A stretch of 64,000 nucleotides of DNA, taken from contig CM039010.1 in assembly GCA_017499595.2 (NCBI GenBank), positions 1,674,001 to 1,738,000 of the forward strand. Reading direction: 5' to 3'. Each line of letters begins with the position of its first letter. Within the stretch, counting starts at the first letter, position 1. Shown one piece after another: positions 23,600 to 36,412 of this stretch. The translations under genes and the position numbers were made by a program. The notes under the pieces are model-generated. The model saw nothing but the letters and a program-made list of their open reading frames with translations, was not told where the DNA came from and ran no database searches. The DNA is from Psilocybe cubensis. Lineage: Eukaryota.

Positions 23600-26500
23600 T
23601 CAAGGTGATTGGTCAACCAGGTCGACCCTCCAGACTTTTATCACGCCTGCGCGATCGCCGCTAATAATTCCGCCTCGGAACGGTGAATCTATACAAGCCA
23701 AAGCGGTTATCACATCCTGGTGGTTCTTCAACAAATTTTGTTGGCTGTGCGTTATGAGAGATATCCTCTGAGGGGGTCGATTTGAAGAGCTGCTGGCGGG
23801 CGATCGTGGCCACGTTTCAACAAAACAAGTGGCACCGCCAGTAGTCGCAGTCGAAGTAGAAGTGCTATAATAGGTTCGCATTAGCATGTGTATGAGATTA
23901 TGTGCACCGCATATCGGTAAAGTGGAATAAAAGAAGAGTAAGCAAGTACCTGTAAGAGGGCGTTTCACTCTCATTTTCGATTCCACTAAGTACGGCTGTC
24001 CGATCAAGTTTGCCTAAATCCCAGAGACGGATTTTCCAGTCGTCTGAACCTGTGATCACGAATCCGCGACTTGTCGGTCGCGCAGAAGTCGAATCCAATT
24101 CGGCAAATTCAGACCTGGGAATCGTAGAATACCCACCGAAATCCGAGCCGACCACTAGGGCTCGGACATCTGGCGCAGGGGGTTGAGGAAGTTCTTCTCG
24201 TGGAGATGACCGTGACGGGTCGTGTTGGTTTCCACTGTTCTGGCGAGAACGCACAAGGGCTGCGATGGCGGCTGCAGGTGTGGTCTCCGCGTCTGTACCT
24301 GTGACCTGCGGTGGCTCTGGCACAGGGTCTGTTGGAGAGCCCACCCGCGTCATGAATGTTTCCATCAAGACAGCGTTCTCTATATCCCAAACTTCCACCA
24401 GCTGTGTGGAGGTACGATCTGCGCTTTTCTTGGACGACTCCAGGGCGACGATTACCCATTTGCCTCGCCCTTTGGAGGGATGTATTGCGCATTGGTGGAT
24501 CCTATTGGACCTTCCCGCTGCTGCTGCCCCAACATGCCAACTCCGAATCAGAAGGCCAAACCGTTTGTCCCAGAGAGTTAGAACGCCAGTCGAGGTGCCA
24601 ACGACAATCCAAGCTCGCTTTCTATCTATGCACATGGATGTTATTGGACCATAATGCCTGGGATTCTCCATGGTCTGCAATATACGCATGGTCCGAAGGT
24701 CAAGAATAGCGATCACCGAATGAGTGGTTGCATATACAAGAATCGATGCCGAATCTAAGTTGGAAAAGTTAGCTAAAATATTGCGTAAAAGAGCCATGAA
24801 ATTACCAGTGCTATAATGCGTCATACAAGTGATATATTCGCCGACGTTCTCGACTCGGTGTTCTCGGATTACTTGCAGCTTACTGTATTTAGGTAGAGCA
24901 CCACTCTGCGTTATGTGTACTCGTACAACATGAAGACTTCCATCATCAGCAGCACTTGCGAAGCAATGAAAACCATCAATAATGCATACGCATTTAACTC
25001 GAGCATGATGTTGACCATAAGTATGCCGGGGCTTGCTGGTCACATTCCTTTCCAATCTGGCTGTATCCCATACTTTCACAGTCTTATCATCCGAAGAGGA
25101 CACAAAGAATGTGTGGTCGGGAGAAACTGCGAACCCAGTAATGGCTTCAGAATGGGACGAGATATTGGCGATGAGATTGGCTTCTACACGTTTGTTACCG
25201 TCACGTGCATAGGATGGACGGTTTACATTTCGTCGGCGAATGGGGCCTTCGTGAACTCTCGGTCCAAAGTCTTGCTGCAATTCGCGATTGTTATCCAGGT
25301 AGAGGTTTTCAAGCATGTTGCTAATGCCTGGTTCTTGGCCATCTGTAGCATGATCAAGTCAGAAATGAACTGATTGTAATAAAGAATATTTTTTACCATA
25401 TGTTGAAATTGCTAGTGACGAAGGATTGCGCATCTGCCGCGGAGCGCGTAAAGTCGCAGACATGGACATAGGTGATGACCGTCCCGATTCGTCAGGAGAT
25501 CCTTCTGGCCGAATCTTGAAATGTGCCTCCAACAATCCGGTGGCATTTGTTTTCGAGGAACCGACGGCAGGAGCGGCCTTCTGGCCATCTGTACTTCCAA
25601 CTTGGAGTCTGCTGGCTGGCCTCAAGGATACTGAATTTGAAGTTGATACGATAGATTCCGTGGGACTTGGTGGACGATCGGGTAATGTTTGAGGGCCACC
25701 AGAAAGAGATGTCGAAGATGAATTAGCTGCGGGAGATAGCGTGCTACGAGTATCGCGAGGAGTGTTTGTAACACTTAACGAGGAAGCCGATGCATTGATT
25801 GTGGCTAACCGCCTTCGGAGGTCTTCAAAGGGTGCGCCAGCGTCATTGGAAAATCGGTGTTGTCGGTTAGGACTAAGCAATGGAGTTCGTGATGTTGATG
25901 CGGTATTGGCCTTTCTTGAAGAGATGGACAAACGAGACGATCGAGGAGCTATATCGCTGTTTCGAGCCCTCAAGAAGACTGTCTGCGGTACTACACCTAG
26001 CTTCTGTAGTTCTATGTTGCCAACCACCTTCAGGCTTTTACCGGTGTCAGGCTCGTAGTTCAAACGAGAAGCGAAACTCGATGTTGCATTTGCAAGCTTG
26101 AGAGTATAATCCCTCAGTGCAAGTAATTTGTTTTCATCGCTTGGTGTCATTCCAAGTTGTTGAAGTTTTGTAAGTTGTGCTTCATCCCTAATAACATTTA
26201 GTCGAAATTAAAAAGAAAATAAAACAAAATGGGATTACGAACTCTTCTGATCTATTTCTTGCAATGCCTGCGTTCCCAGTTTTGCGCATAGATATCACGC
26301 TTTCTCGAGGTGATTCAACCTGCTTCGTAGATCTTCGAGGCCCGCGCCAGAATGCCGATTTGTCTGCTTTCATCGCCCACTGAACTGCAGCGTCTAGGAT
26401 TTGCCTTGGCAACTGTACACGCATTAGTCGCCCCAACATGTATTGACGAATGGAATACCTACCGGTGGCTTCATGGCAACCAGAAGGCTTTGTTCATTAA

Positions 26501-29417
26501 TATGCTCTATGTCCGACTTCAAAAAATGTCTCAAAGAAGGGTACAGAATACACCAAATGTCGCTGGGTGGAAGATGTTGTGCTGCTGAGGTGATGAAAGC
26601 CGCCGCTCCTTTGTATTTCGTCAACAATAAGTATCGACATTATATTACAGGAACACACCTTGTCGTATCCAAATATTTGGATGGTAAAGAAAGCCCAATG
26701 TCGCACTCATCAATTCCCATATGCGCATTTTCTGGAACAGTCCCAATTCGCACAAACTCGTAAGAGCCGCCAAAACTTTCGCTACCACAGACTCTTCAAC
26801 GTCTGCAACAAGTATAAGCAAAGCAACCCAAGGAAGGAAATGACAGTAGAATTACCGGATAGTGCTTGCACCATTAGCGGCAAGATGTATTCTTCCAAGC
26901 TCCGACCGCCTGCACAGGCGGCGACGTCCACGATGCTTTCAAAGAATGCGTACCGTAGCAGCCAATCCTTGTCGTTCAGATACGTAATCATGTGGCTTAG
27001 CAGGACATCGTTAGTCTTTTGCCTTCCAAGGAAAATGCACAGAGATGAAATGTCGTGGAGAACTGCACGCTTGACAATGCTAGAGGGATCCATGAGAAGA
27101 GCGGAAAGATGTTCTTGAATGTGACCTTGTAATTCCTGCATGTTGGCGTCATAAGAAACCTGAAAACGTGTTGATCAGTACATCAGTCTGGCTATATATG
27201 ATCATACAAACCTCGAAATTCGCATTCTCGTATTCATGTCCTTCAGCAGTAGATTGGAAGGCCCCGTGCGCCTTGAGAGCTTGTCCCATCTCTAGGTACC
27301 GGACTGCTGTATCTGCCAACTGGACTATACACTGAGCATATGTGCTTCGCACTGAAACCTCGGGATCTTGGACCAAATGCTTAATGTGGGGTATAATATA
27401 TTCTGGGAAGATAGAAACATTTGACGGCGTAATGACAGTAACGAGCATAAGCTGGAGTTAACATCAGAAATTGTGCAATTTATAACAAGAGGATGAAACC
27501 TACTGTTTGCATCAACGTGCGCAGAGCCGCAGAACGGACGAGAGCGGCATCGTCGTGGAGTAGTTCCACAATATATGGAACCATGCGGTCCAATTTCGCT
27601 TCGTCTGTTAAGTGGCAAGCCAATGCAAGGAAAACATCGAGAGCTCGTATTTTATTGCTTGGAAGGCTACAGTTACGAATGTTGGCAGTGACGAGAGCGA
27701 GTATGATCAGCGGAGGGCCATCTATAGATGAGGTCAGCCGGAAAAGGTTGGGCAGTAATCATAACAAGGCTAACCTTCATTCGCAGCACTACTGCGTCTG
27801 TTGACTGGATTCCTAAGACTGGAATCACGATTAGGAATGTGAAGCTCCACTGGAAGTACGTCCTAACCCAAAATTAATTTTGAGATGAAGGAACGAAATA
27901 AAATAACTAACCTGGAAGGGCCTCACTGGCGCAGTTACGCTAGTCAAAAATTCAGGAAGCGGGTCTGAATCGAGATTCGGATCGACTTCAGGAATAATAT
28001 AGGGCTCAATACTCTCATAATCTTCCCATATCCTTTCTATGCGGTGATCAGAGTCGCTGGGTAACGTATCGTTCTTTCCTTCATTCCCCGCTCCAGAAGA
28101 ATTGAGTTGACCAGAAGAACTTGTTCTCATTGTAGCCGACAGAGGAGGCTGGATAGGGGAGTGGCTCAATGACGATGCAGAGGTGGGTGGATTGTTAACA
28201 GCCAAAGTATCGCTTGATAGCTCATTGATGGAAGAAACATAGTTGTGTAGAAATGAATAGAATGATTCGGGGAAGACTGTTCCTCGCGATGTATGCAGTA
28301 AAGTGTCGAATGTAGGACGTTCAGATGGGTCAAGATTGATCATAAGCTTTATGAGATTCTACTGCCGAGGATAAGTCAGGAAACAATTGAGAATACAATG
28401 TACTCACTTGAACGCCTTCGTCGTTAATTGCAGCGAGTTGTCCATCTACTTTGTAATCTCCTTCTCGGTATTTGAAGAGCTGGCTTAAAGTGAACAACGG
28501 CGCTCCTTCAAGAAATAGTTCGGCAATAACACAACCAGCACTAAAACAGTCCATGGCTTCTGTGACCTTCCCGTCCCTTTTGCCTTCAACTTCTTCCATT
28601 GCGATTCTTGACTTTTTGGCGCTAATCTCCGGATTGGTGGCCTGAGTATAGAATCTTTCAGGTGCGAGATAACATGTCCGACGTCCAGACATGTCAAAGA
28701 AGAAAGAGAAGTCGGCAGGGTCATCTAGCGGAAGATAAGTAGGCTTGTATGAAGCAAAGTCGGTGAGGTAGATCCAATTCCAGGACGTGACCATGATATT
28801 CTCCGACTTGATGTCGCCATGGGATATCTTGCGATTCCTTGCATCGCGTAGTGCGTTCAGGAGCTGAAAGGAAATCCATTTCTTCTCGACTACGCTGAGA
28901 AAAGGTCGTGTGCTGTGGAGGATTCAGATTGCGAGTGCACACGATCATCCTGCAAAAAGGCTGACCTTATTCGATCATACAAACTGCTCGCCAGCCACTG
29001 TCTGATAATATAACCAGCTTTCTCAGTCTCCACAAATGCTTGATAGCTATAGACGTTGACGATATCAGCTAAGGCCTCCTTGTCCACTGAAGAGAGCCAT
29101 GAGAAGTGCGCATATCCCTAAAAAAACTTGACGCTTACATTTAAGCCGTCGATGGTGTGTCCGCAACGAGACTCCGGGGTCTGGTTTGATGAAGATCTTG
29201 ACCACCAAGTATCCATTCCTGTGCCGGCATTTGACTGTCTTCAAGAACCGTGCTGACCGCAAACTTGAGCATTAGTGAGTTAAGAAATCACGGAAACCTT
29301 GGTGAGACCACAGACACACTTCTTCTCAAATATAATGTCCCCTCCAAGCTCAGCTACAAATGAATCTAATGCCACAGTGGTGCGCGTGAGGGCAGATCCT
29401 GATTGTGCGTTCCCCAT
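23600..29417 (-). CDS. VPS15: Vps15 PI3K regulatory subunit (pseudokinase + HEAT + WD40)
   Basis: Myristoylation start MGNAQS; SARFLKTVKCRH; HGDIKSENIMVTSWNWIYLTDFASYKPTYLPLDDPADFSFFFD; GRQKTNDVLLSHMITYLND; C-terminal WD40 repeats ending DRAGVIKVW. Confidence 0.97.
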
Positions 29418-31169
29418 GGTGGCTAGATGGATGCTTGTGGCAAAGCAGTCTCAGGGGGAGTCTCCAGCTGGAATGCTCCAGATATTTGTGGGCCTTATCG
29501 GCGTAATAGTAGAGAATGTTGCTTCAAGATAGATTTTCAGACGATGTATTACCGATGGTGTAAAGTGATGCCGCGCCTGCGGACAGTGAGGAGGCACGTT
29601 CAGGGATGTTCAGGTCCTCGAGCGCGATTGTTATGATTCATTTAGTATGACGCGTTTGACCAAGCAAACACAAGCTCAACAGCACAGCCTCTCAGACTAT
29701 TATAAGAAGGCGAGGCAGGGACGAGAAATAATCTATGTTGATGGATGTAAAAGAGGTAAGCATCGAAAAGCTAATTTACAGAGTACCGTAAGATTGGTCT
29801 ATATGGAGAACATCAAAAGGATCGCGATTTTTGTTGCGGCTTGAAATAACGCTCCTAAACACCCTGAGGCGAACTTGTCTAGCGCCCATCTAAGAGCGGT
29901 GCCAGTGTAAAAAGTGATCGAAAAAAGGGGGAACCCTTACTAGAAAGTAACACCATGCGGTGGTGGATAGGTTAGAAGCGATTGCGCTAGAGCAATAACC
30001 TTGTGCAGCAGGTACATAAGCAGATATTTAGAGCTGTACTATCAAAATTTGCACACCTTCAGTGATCAAAGGTTACTACGTCAAAACTTGTGATAATGAC
30101 TTGTACACCAAAATGGTTCCACTGAGAACCAGTAAAGTCGTTTTATAGGAAGGTCAGATAAAAATTAAGCGTCCGTTTCAGGACCAGCAGGGAAGTATGT
30201 GTAGTATTGGTTTTTTGAAGGTCGACCGAGGTCCTCCATATTGACATTGAGTAGATCAGGCGAGTGGTATTTAATTGAAAGCATACTCATACCCAGTCGC
30301 GACGTCAAAGGGCAACACCAAGAGAAATCAAGAGTAACGAGCATACAGATTCATTCCAGTCAGTATAGTGACGACAGACCCTGCACCGACTAAAATGTAC
30401 GAGGATACAATCGCATTGAAGACGTTACCGTGCTACAGGAACGAAAGATGACTTGGGGTTCCAAAGCGGATATATGCGACCACTCCGAAGCAGATTTGGA
30501 TTAAACTTGGAGAACCTAGCTTGAATCCAGGTGATGACGTTCATGAACAAATCAAAAGGGAAAAAGAGTCCGGAGAGGCATAAACATGGCGAAGAGCACC
30601 ACAGGGTTGCCTTTGACTTCATCTTTTGTTCGACCAGGTAATAAAAACCAGCCAAGTAGTAGCCTGCTATCCTCTTCGCCAGCGGTTTCATTTGGTGTAT
30701 TTGCTACGCGCCTTGCCAAGATGGTCGAATAGGTACGAAGATGAAGACGAGAAAGATCGTCAGACGGAACAGAATGGCGGAGCGGAATAAAATGAACGGA
30801 GCAAGGTTGTCAATAATCACGTATTGACGGAAGACAAGGGCAATTGATCACTAAAGACATGAAATTTGGGAATGCTTGATGTCTCCTTGAAGATGGGCTT
30901 GGACCAATGACAACAGATGACAATCCATAATTCCCTTCAAAGTATTTCAACAGTATTTCAATACACCGGCAGTTGTATGTAGCGGGTCGGCGAGAAGGTC
31001 CAGAGGCTCCTTTTCGAAGGAAAACAACAATCGTAGAGCGTAATGACGTGCTCGATCCTATTTCTTGCGTAAAACATTCTGATAAGACGATCCCATTCGC
31101 AAGTCACCTTTAAAAGATGTCATCCAGTATGAGGAGGATTCAAGTTGAACTCTCCTTGACACTATCGCC

Positions 31170-32744
31170 ATGTCTAACGCCTCTACCAGCACTTCCACGA
31201 CGCTTGAAAACGCTGTTGGCAAGCTTAATTTGAATGTCAAGGACAAGCCTATCGACCTCCCAGTCTGGGTGCCGCCTCCAACAACGAAAGAGAACATCGA
31301 GTGGGCGGATATCCTAACTGTGGACTTGACCAAGTTCGACACTCATCGACAAGAGCTCGTGGACACTGTTCAGACGGCTCTGGAGCGCGATGGTTTCTTT
31401 TATGTTGTCGGCCATGGTATTTCCCCCGAAAAGGTAATTTGCCCCTTCTTTCATCTCCGACGCGAACACTGACCCCGCCTTTCAAACCCAGATCAACCGC
31501 CAGTTTGCCATTGGCGAGATTGCTTTCGACCAAGTCCCACAAGAGGAGAAGGAGAAGCATGTAGCGCCTATCAAGGAGAAAGGGACCTTTATGGGGTACA
31601 AGGTATGTTTTAAGTTGTCGTGTTTGCCTTGTTGAATGACACGCTTTTAGCTCCAAAACTATTGGGAGATCAAAGACGGTGTTCGCGACAGAATCGAGCA
31701 GTACAACTTTTATCAAAACTGGTCAGTTCAATTTAATCTTTCCTGTAATTTCTCCAATTTATGTTTCTTGTTCAGTATTGATCCTGTAACATCGCACCCG
31801 AAGGCCCTCCAGCCCCACGTCGAAGAAGTTAAAGAATTCCTTGAAGTGAGTTTGATGGATATCTTCCCTCGTGCGGCTGCTGATCAGTACAAAAGACAAG
31901 CAGACAGAAAGTACTCAAGCGCGTCACATACTTGATTGACGCTGTTTTGGGCCTTGAGGAAGGTTATTTGTGGCGGTTACATGAAACGGAGGAAGGTGTA
32001 AAAGGACATGATGTGAGTTCTGGCAGCAAATAATTTTCGGTGGGTTTTTTTCTAAAGCTTTTGCAGCTATTTAGATACATGATTTTTGATCCTCTCACCT
32101 CTGCTGAGTCTGAAAAGACGAATGGTGTCATGCTTAGCGGACATACCGACTTCAACAGTATCAGTTGTTTGATCTCTCAACCCATTACTGCTCTTCAGGT
32201 ACTCATGCCCGACAATGTATGGCGATATGTAAAACACCAGGAAAATGCCTACGTTATCAACATCGGCGATCAGCTTTCGTTCATGAGCGGGGGTATTCTC
32301 AAGGGCACTATGCACAGAGGTGAGTATACCGTTGCCAGAGAGTAAAAATTTTACTGACCATCCAACTTACATCTGCAGTTGTACGCCCTCCAGCAGACCA
32401 AGTCTCCCTTCGTCGTCTTGGTCTCTACCATTTTGCTCATTTTATCGATGGAGTGCCTTTGGATCTTGTCGATTCGAAGAAAGTGAAAGAAAAGGGACGT
32501 GTTCTTTTTGAAGGAAAGATCCCAACCACCGACGAGTACGCCCTTCTTTTACTGTATTGATTATCAAGCCGACCGCTATGAAAAGGTGGGAACGCAGTCG
32601 TGTCAAGAGCTTTGGGGTGGATAAATTTATTAAGGGGGAAGAATACGACATCGAAATTCTTAATGGAATTCAGGTAACATAAACTTTCGCAGAATTAAAC
32701 TTGTATATTGACATGAAATTTTACAGCTTCGCCATTATCATTGA
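31170..32744 (+). CDS. 2-oxoglutarate/Fe(II)-dependent dioxygenase (IPNS/DIOX_N family)
   Basis: DGFFYVVGHGI; iron-binding triad GHTDF...GTMHRV; YVINIGDQLSFMSGG; multi-exon; stop ...LRHYH* at 32742-32744. Confidence 0.92.
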
Positions 32745-33125
32745 TATCTTCAAATTGCCCGCCTTACCTCATGCTGGATCAATCTTGGTTGTATTTTCAG
32801 TTGTGTAATCATGAATCAACTTGTACAATCTTCCACAATGTGTATTACAAAATTGCACGCCATATTTGCTCCTTTCATTATGTTTCGTGTACAAAATACC
32901 TGAGAATCTCTTGAGTATTCCCTTGGATGCATATGAGGCGTGAAAAAGCTGCACGAATTTTTGAGTGTACCATCCAGGTTGTGAGGCATTTTGATCCATG
33001 TCATTCGGCGTTTTCATGACTCGTCTTCTTCATTAACCATCACATATATTTTTTGGTTATAATTGTTCATCTCACTATCACTCAATTTCTTGACACACTT
33101 CTTAGAGAAATTTGGTCAGAAATAA

Positions 33126-35280
33126 ATGGAGAACTTACCTCACCCAGAACTCCAGGCAATTAAAACCCGCCTCCTTCAGATTCACGATGGAATTTCAACG
33201 TTTACACCGCTTACAGCCAGACCACCCATCCTCGATTCTTCCTACGACGCTGGCAACGAAAATAACGAAGACAATCAATGGCTTCAGCAAGAAATTGTTC
33301 CCGGACTGAAGAAGTTAAAGGAGAATATCAAGCTTGATCTAGGCGTATTGGAGAAGGTACTTAGTCTTCAAAATTTTCTTGCCATTGCCTGGATTGTGCC
33401 AGAAAAGGACTTTGGTTTACCTGATTTTCTTCGATTCTAGTAGTTTCTCGACGATCCAAATTGTGTCAATCTACCTGCGCTGTCGACGAATGCACCGTAC
33501 CTCATCGCTGTGTGGAACGAGGTGATATGCGCAGCACCGCCAATCGTATCGGTTTACAAGACATTCCCCCTCCAAGTGTCATCCTCTACATTGACTCATG
33601 CTGAAAAAGTTGGCACTCGCCAGGAACCTAAGACTGGGGCAAAGGTGGATGTTGTTGCAGATAATGGACGCCAGTGGATCCGAGTCAATACGTGAGTGTA
33701 TTATTTCATGGTCATTTGTCTCCATCTTCATCATTCCGTTCACCGTTTCTAGTGTCAAAAATTCGCGCATGATGTCTGAATTTCGCGAAATCGATTCGTA
33801 TCTTACAGACAGCAGTGATGACTCTGATGAAGAATGGGATGACGTCTCACGGCCTACTCTAGCCCAAAAAGAATTCGATAACTCGGTCCTGCGTATGGGA
33901 CGCACACTATTACAAGCAGCGAAAGCCAACCCAATCGAAGGCACTGCTGAAATACCCAAAGTTACTCTCCGGCTCACACGTCTGGACCCACACGCAAACG
34001 AGGATGGTACATTGCCCGACAGTCGTATTGGCGAGACAATCGACAGACTTCTCGAGCTCGGAGTGAACGTTGAACTTGGGGAGCGCACCGACGCCGAACT
34101 GTCTGCCGTGCCTCCACCATCTACTGAGGATGCCCCGATACCTGATGACATCTCTTTTGCCCCTACTTCCAACATCAACCTCGACCTTTCGGGATTGATA
34201 GCCCTAATTTCAGATCTTACTCATGCCTCAGTTCCTGAGACGCCTGAAGAACTCAACAGGCGCTTCGTTCCCCCTCAGGAATATCGTGAATGGAAACAGA
34301 AGCGCCAAGATATGAAACTCAAAAATGGGGGGAAATTCTCTCAGTCTGATCTTGAAGACCGCGGCAAGTCGAAGAAATCCAACAAGAATGCAGGAGGCGG
34401 TACGCAAGTCCAGAGGGAAGGTTCTGAGACTCCTGAACTAGAAAACGATATCAATGATCTCCCTCGCGACTTAATACAACATGCGCGTGCGTTGACTAAC
34501 CAGTTACTCCAGGAAATGGGGCAAGGTCTTCTTCAAGAAATCCGCGATAAACTCGAAATGTCCACCGCATGTCCCAACGAAATAATTAACCCCTCATCAT
34601 CTTTGAAAGTGGTATTTTGGACAACCTCAGAAGCGCGTGAACGTTGCCTCCGCATCGTATCCAAAATTGGCGGTGTACATGAAAAGAGAAGGGCATATGC
34701 ACTCTTTTGTTTGTCTCCAACTGACGGCTCAGAAATTTCTCTTGAAGAGGCTGAGCGCTTGTACTGGCAAGGCTCGCGCTTTACACCTCAGTTTATCCCA
34801 CTTCTCCCCATTCATATATTTCCATCTGACGCCCCTGACGCCTCGTCGGTCGGACCAAACGTCCCCGTACGTCCCAGGTCAGGTTTTGCAAAGGCTCTGG
34901 GGAAAGTGTGCGCCGACATTCTCTCCCAGGAGAGTATCCCGCGCCGACGCGCGCTGCCCACTGACGACATAATCAACGGCGCTAACTCCGAGATCCAGCG
35001 CGCTACAGTGACTAAGGCGAACCCTCGGCTGACCGCGCATACAGTGCAGAGCATGCAATGGGGTGCAGAGCTTGGCTGGACGACGCTTACCGCCAATCGG
35101 ACAAGCGTCAAGGCAATCTTGCGGGAGCTCAAAAGCGCCAAGGTTGCGGGAAGGCTGGCGGGTGTGGGTAAGGGGGACAGCGATGCGGATGGGCAGGCTA
35201 CCGCCGCGATTTGGATTATTGACCCGCGTAGTCTTGCGGAGGGTATGTCGAGCGTGCCACCTGTGCGCAGCGGCCAGTGA
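33126..35280 (+). CDS. DUF1308 / UPF0415 (C7orf25-like) protein
   Basis: STNAPYLIAVW, VDVVADNGRQWIRV, INLDLSGLIALISDLTH, KIGGVHEKRRA, TLTAN and IIDPRSLAE motifs; 3 exons. Confidence 0.8.
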
Positions 35281-36412
35281 CAGAAATGGTGATACAAGGT
35301 GTGTTTACCTTGTTTTTACTTGATTAGATTTGAGTATTTAAAACTCAAAAGCGTAACCACATGTTAGGTTGGTTAGCCATAAAATTCTATGTTTAACGTT
35401 TGCTAGGACAGAATACAAATAACTCTGTCTACCGAGATCGAGTTGACTTTGGTTCATACTTAACAAAGAACACACAAAGAACACAAAGATGGGCTCGTAG
35501 TTTGAAATATGTGTGATCTGTCGCAATCGTATCATATGTAGAGCTAAGTATGCCTTGAACTCGGTGCATGCTTTCCAAAATTCACGCCGGCCATGGTCAC
35601 CTCAGATAGTATACCCCGTGATACACTTTTTGAGTAATTTTCAACATAGCCCATACCTGTCGGTAGAAGGTTAGCATTGAACTACAGCTGGCCCCCCCTG
35701 CACTGCCAAACGCCCACGCGCGCACCCTTGATCATGTGACATATTAGTCCGACGCGACGCGACGCGTCTTCAATGGCAAAGCCTATTCCTAAATGCAGTG
35801 GAAAGTTGCTTACTACCTTTGTACGTCAAGCATAAAAAGACATTGTGTAATGTACTCGTAGTTTGATCATTTTAACATGTTTATCGTATTCCAAATGTAA
35901 CCCCCTAAAGGCAGAAAGCGGGATACGGAGTAACCCGTACTAGAGAATTAAGGTGTTTGTGACATGTACGGAAGGGTGGGCATAAAATGGGAAGATACTG
36001 ATAGACTAAGGAGTAATGTACAAAAGACGGTTCAAGTGTACGGGGGGTTTGTATTCGGTTGGTCAGTGGGAATGAGTAAGCGGAGGAATGTGTACGTCTA
36101 AAGGGATCGATCGAACATGCTGTATCAGCGATGTGCAGCAGCCTCCACGCTCTCGTGGCCAAAAATTGGCGGAGACTGAGATAGGTGCAGTATGACTGGA
36201 GGAAGGGGAGGGAGGACGAGGAAAGGCATGAGCTGCGATAAAGGGTAATGGTGTAGATGGGAATAGATATCCATGAAAGGTATTTGTTTCCTCCAAGTGC
36301 CAGAACGAAAAGATAAAAAAAATGCAAATCAAAAAAGCAGTGTAAAGCGAAAATGCCAGATCGAAAGTCGGTCCCATAGCGAGTACGAACGGAGAACCAT
36401 ATTTTATGCAGA

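Noticed and set aside
31170-35280. Possible secondary-metabolite cluster around the dioxygenase
   Set aside because: No backbone enzyme or transporter nearby; neighbours are housekeeping genes
35540-35690. Minus-strand AATTTTGG Sm-site-like motif
   Set aside because: No U1/U2/U4/U5 hallmark sequences nearby
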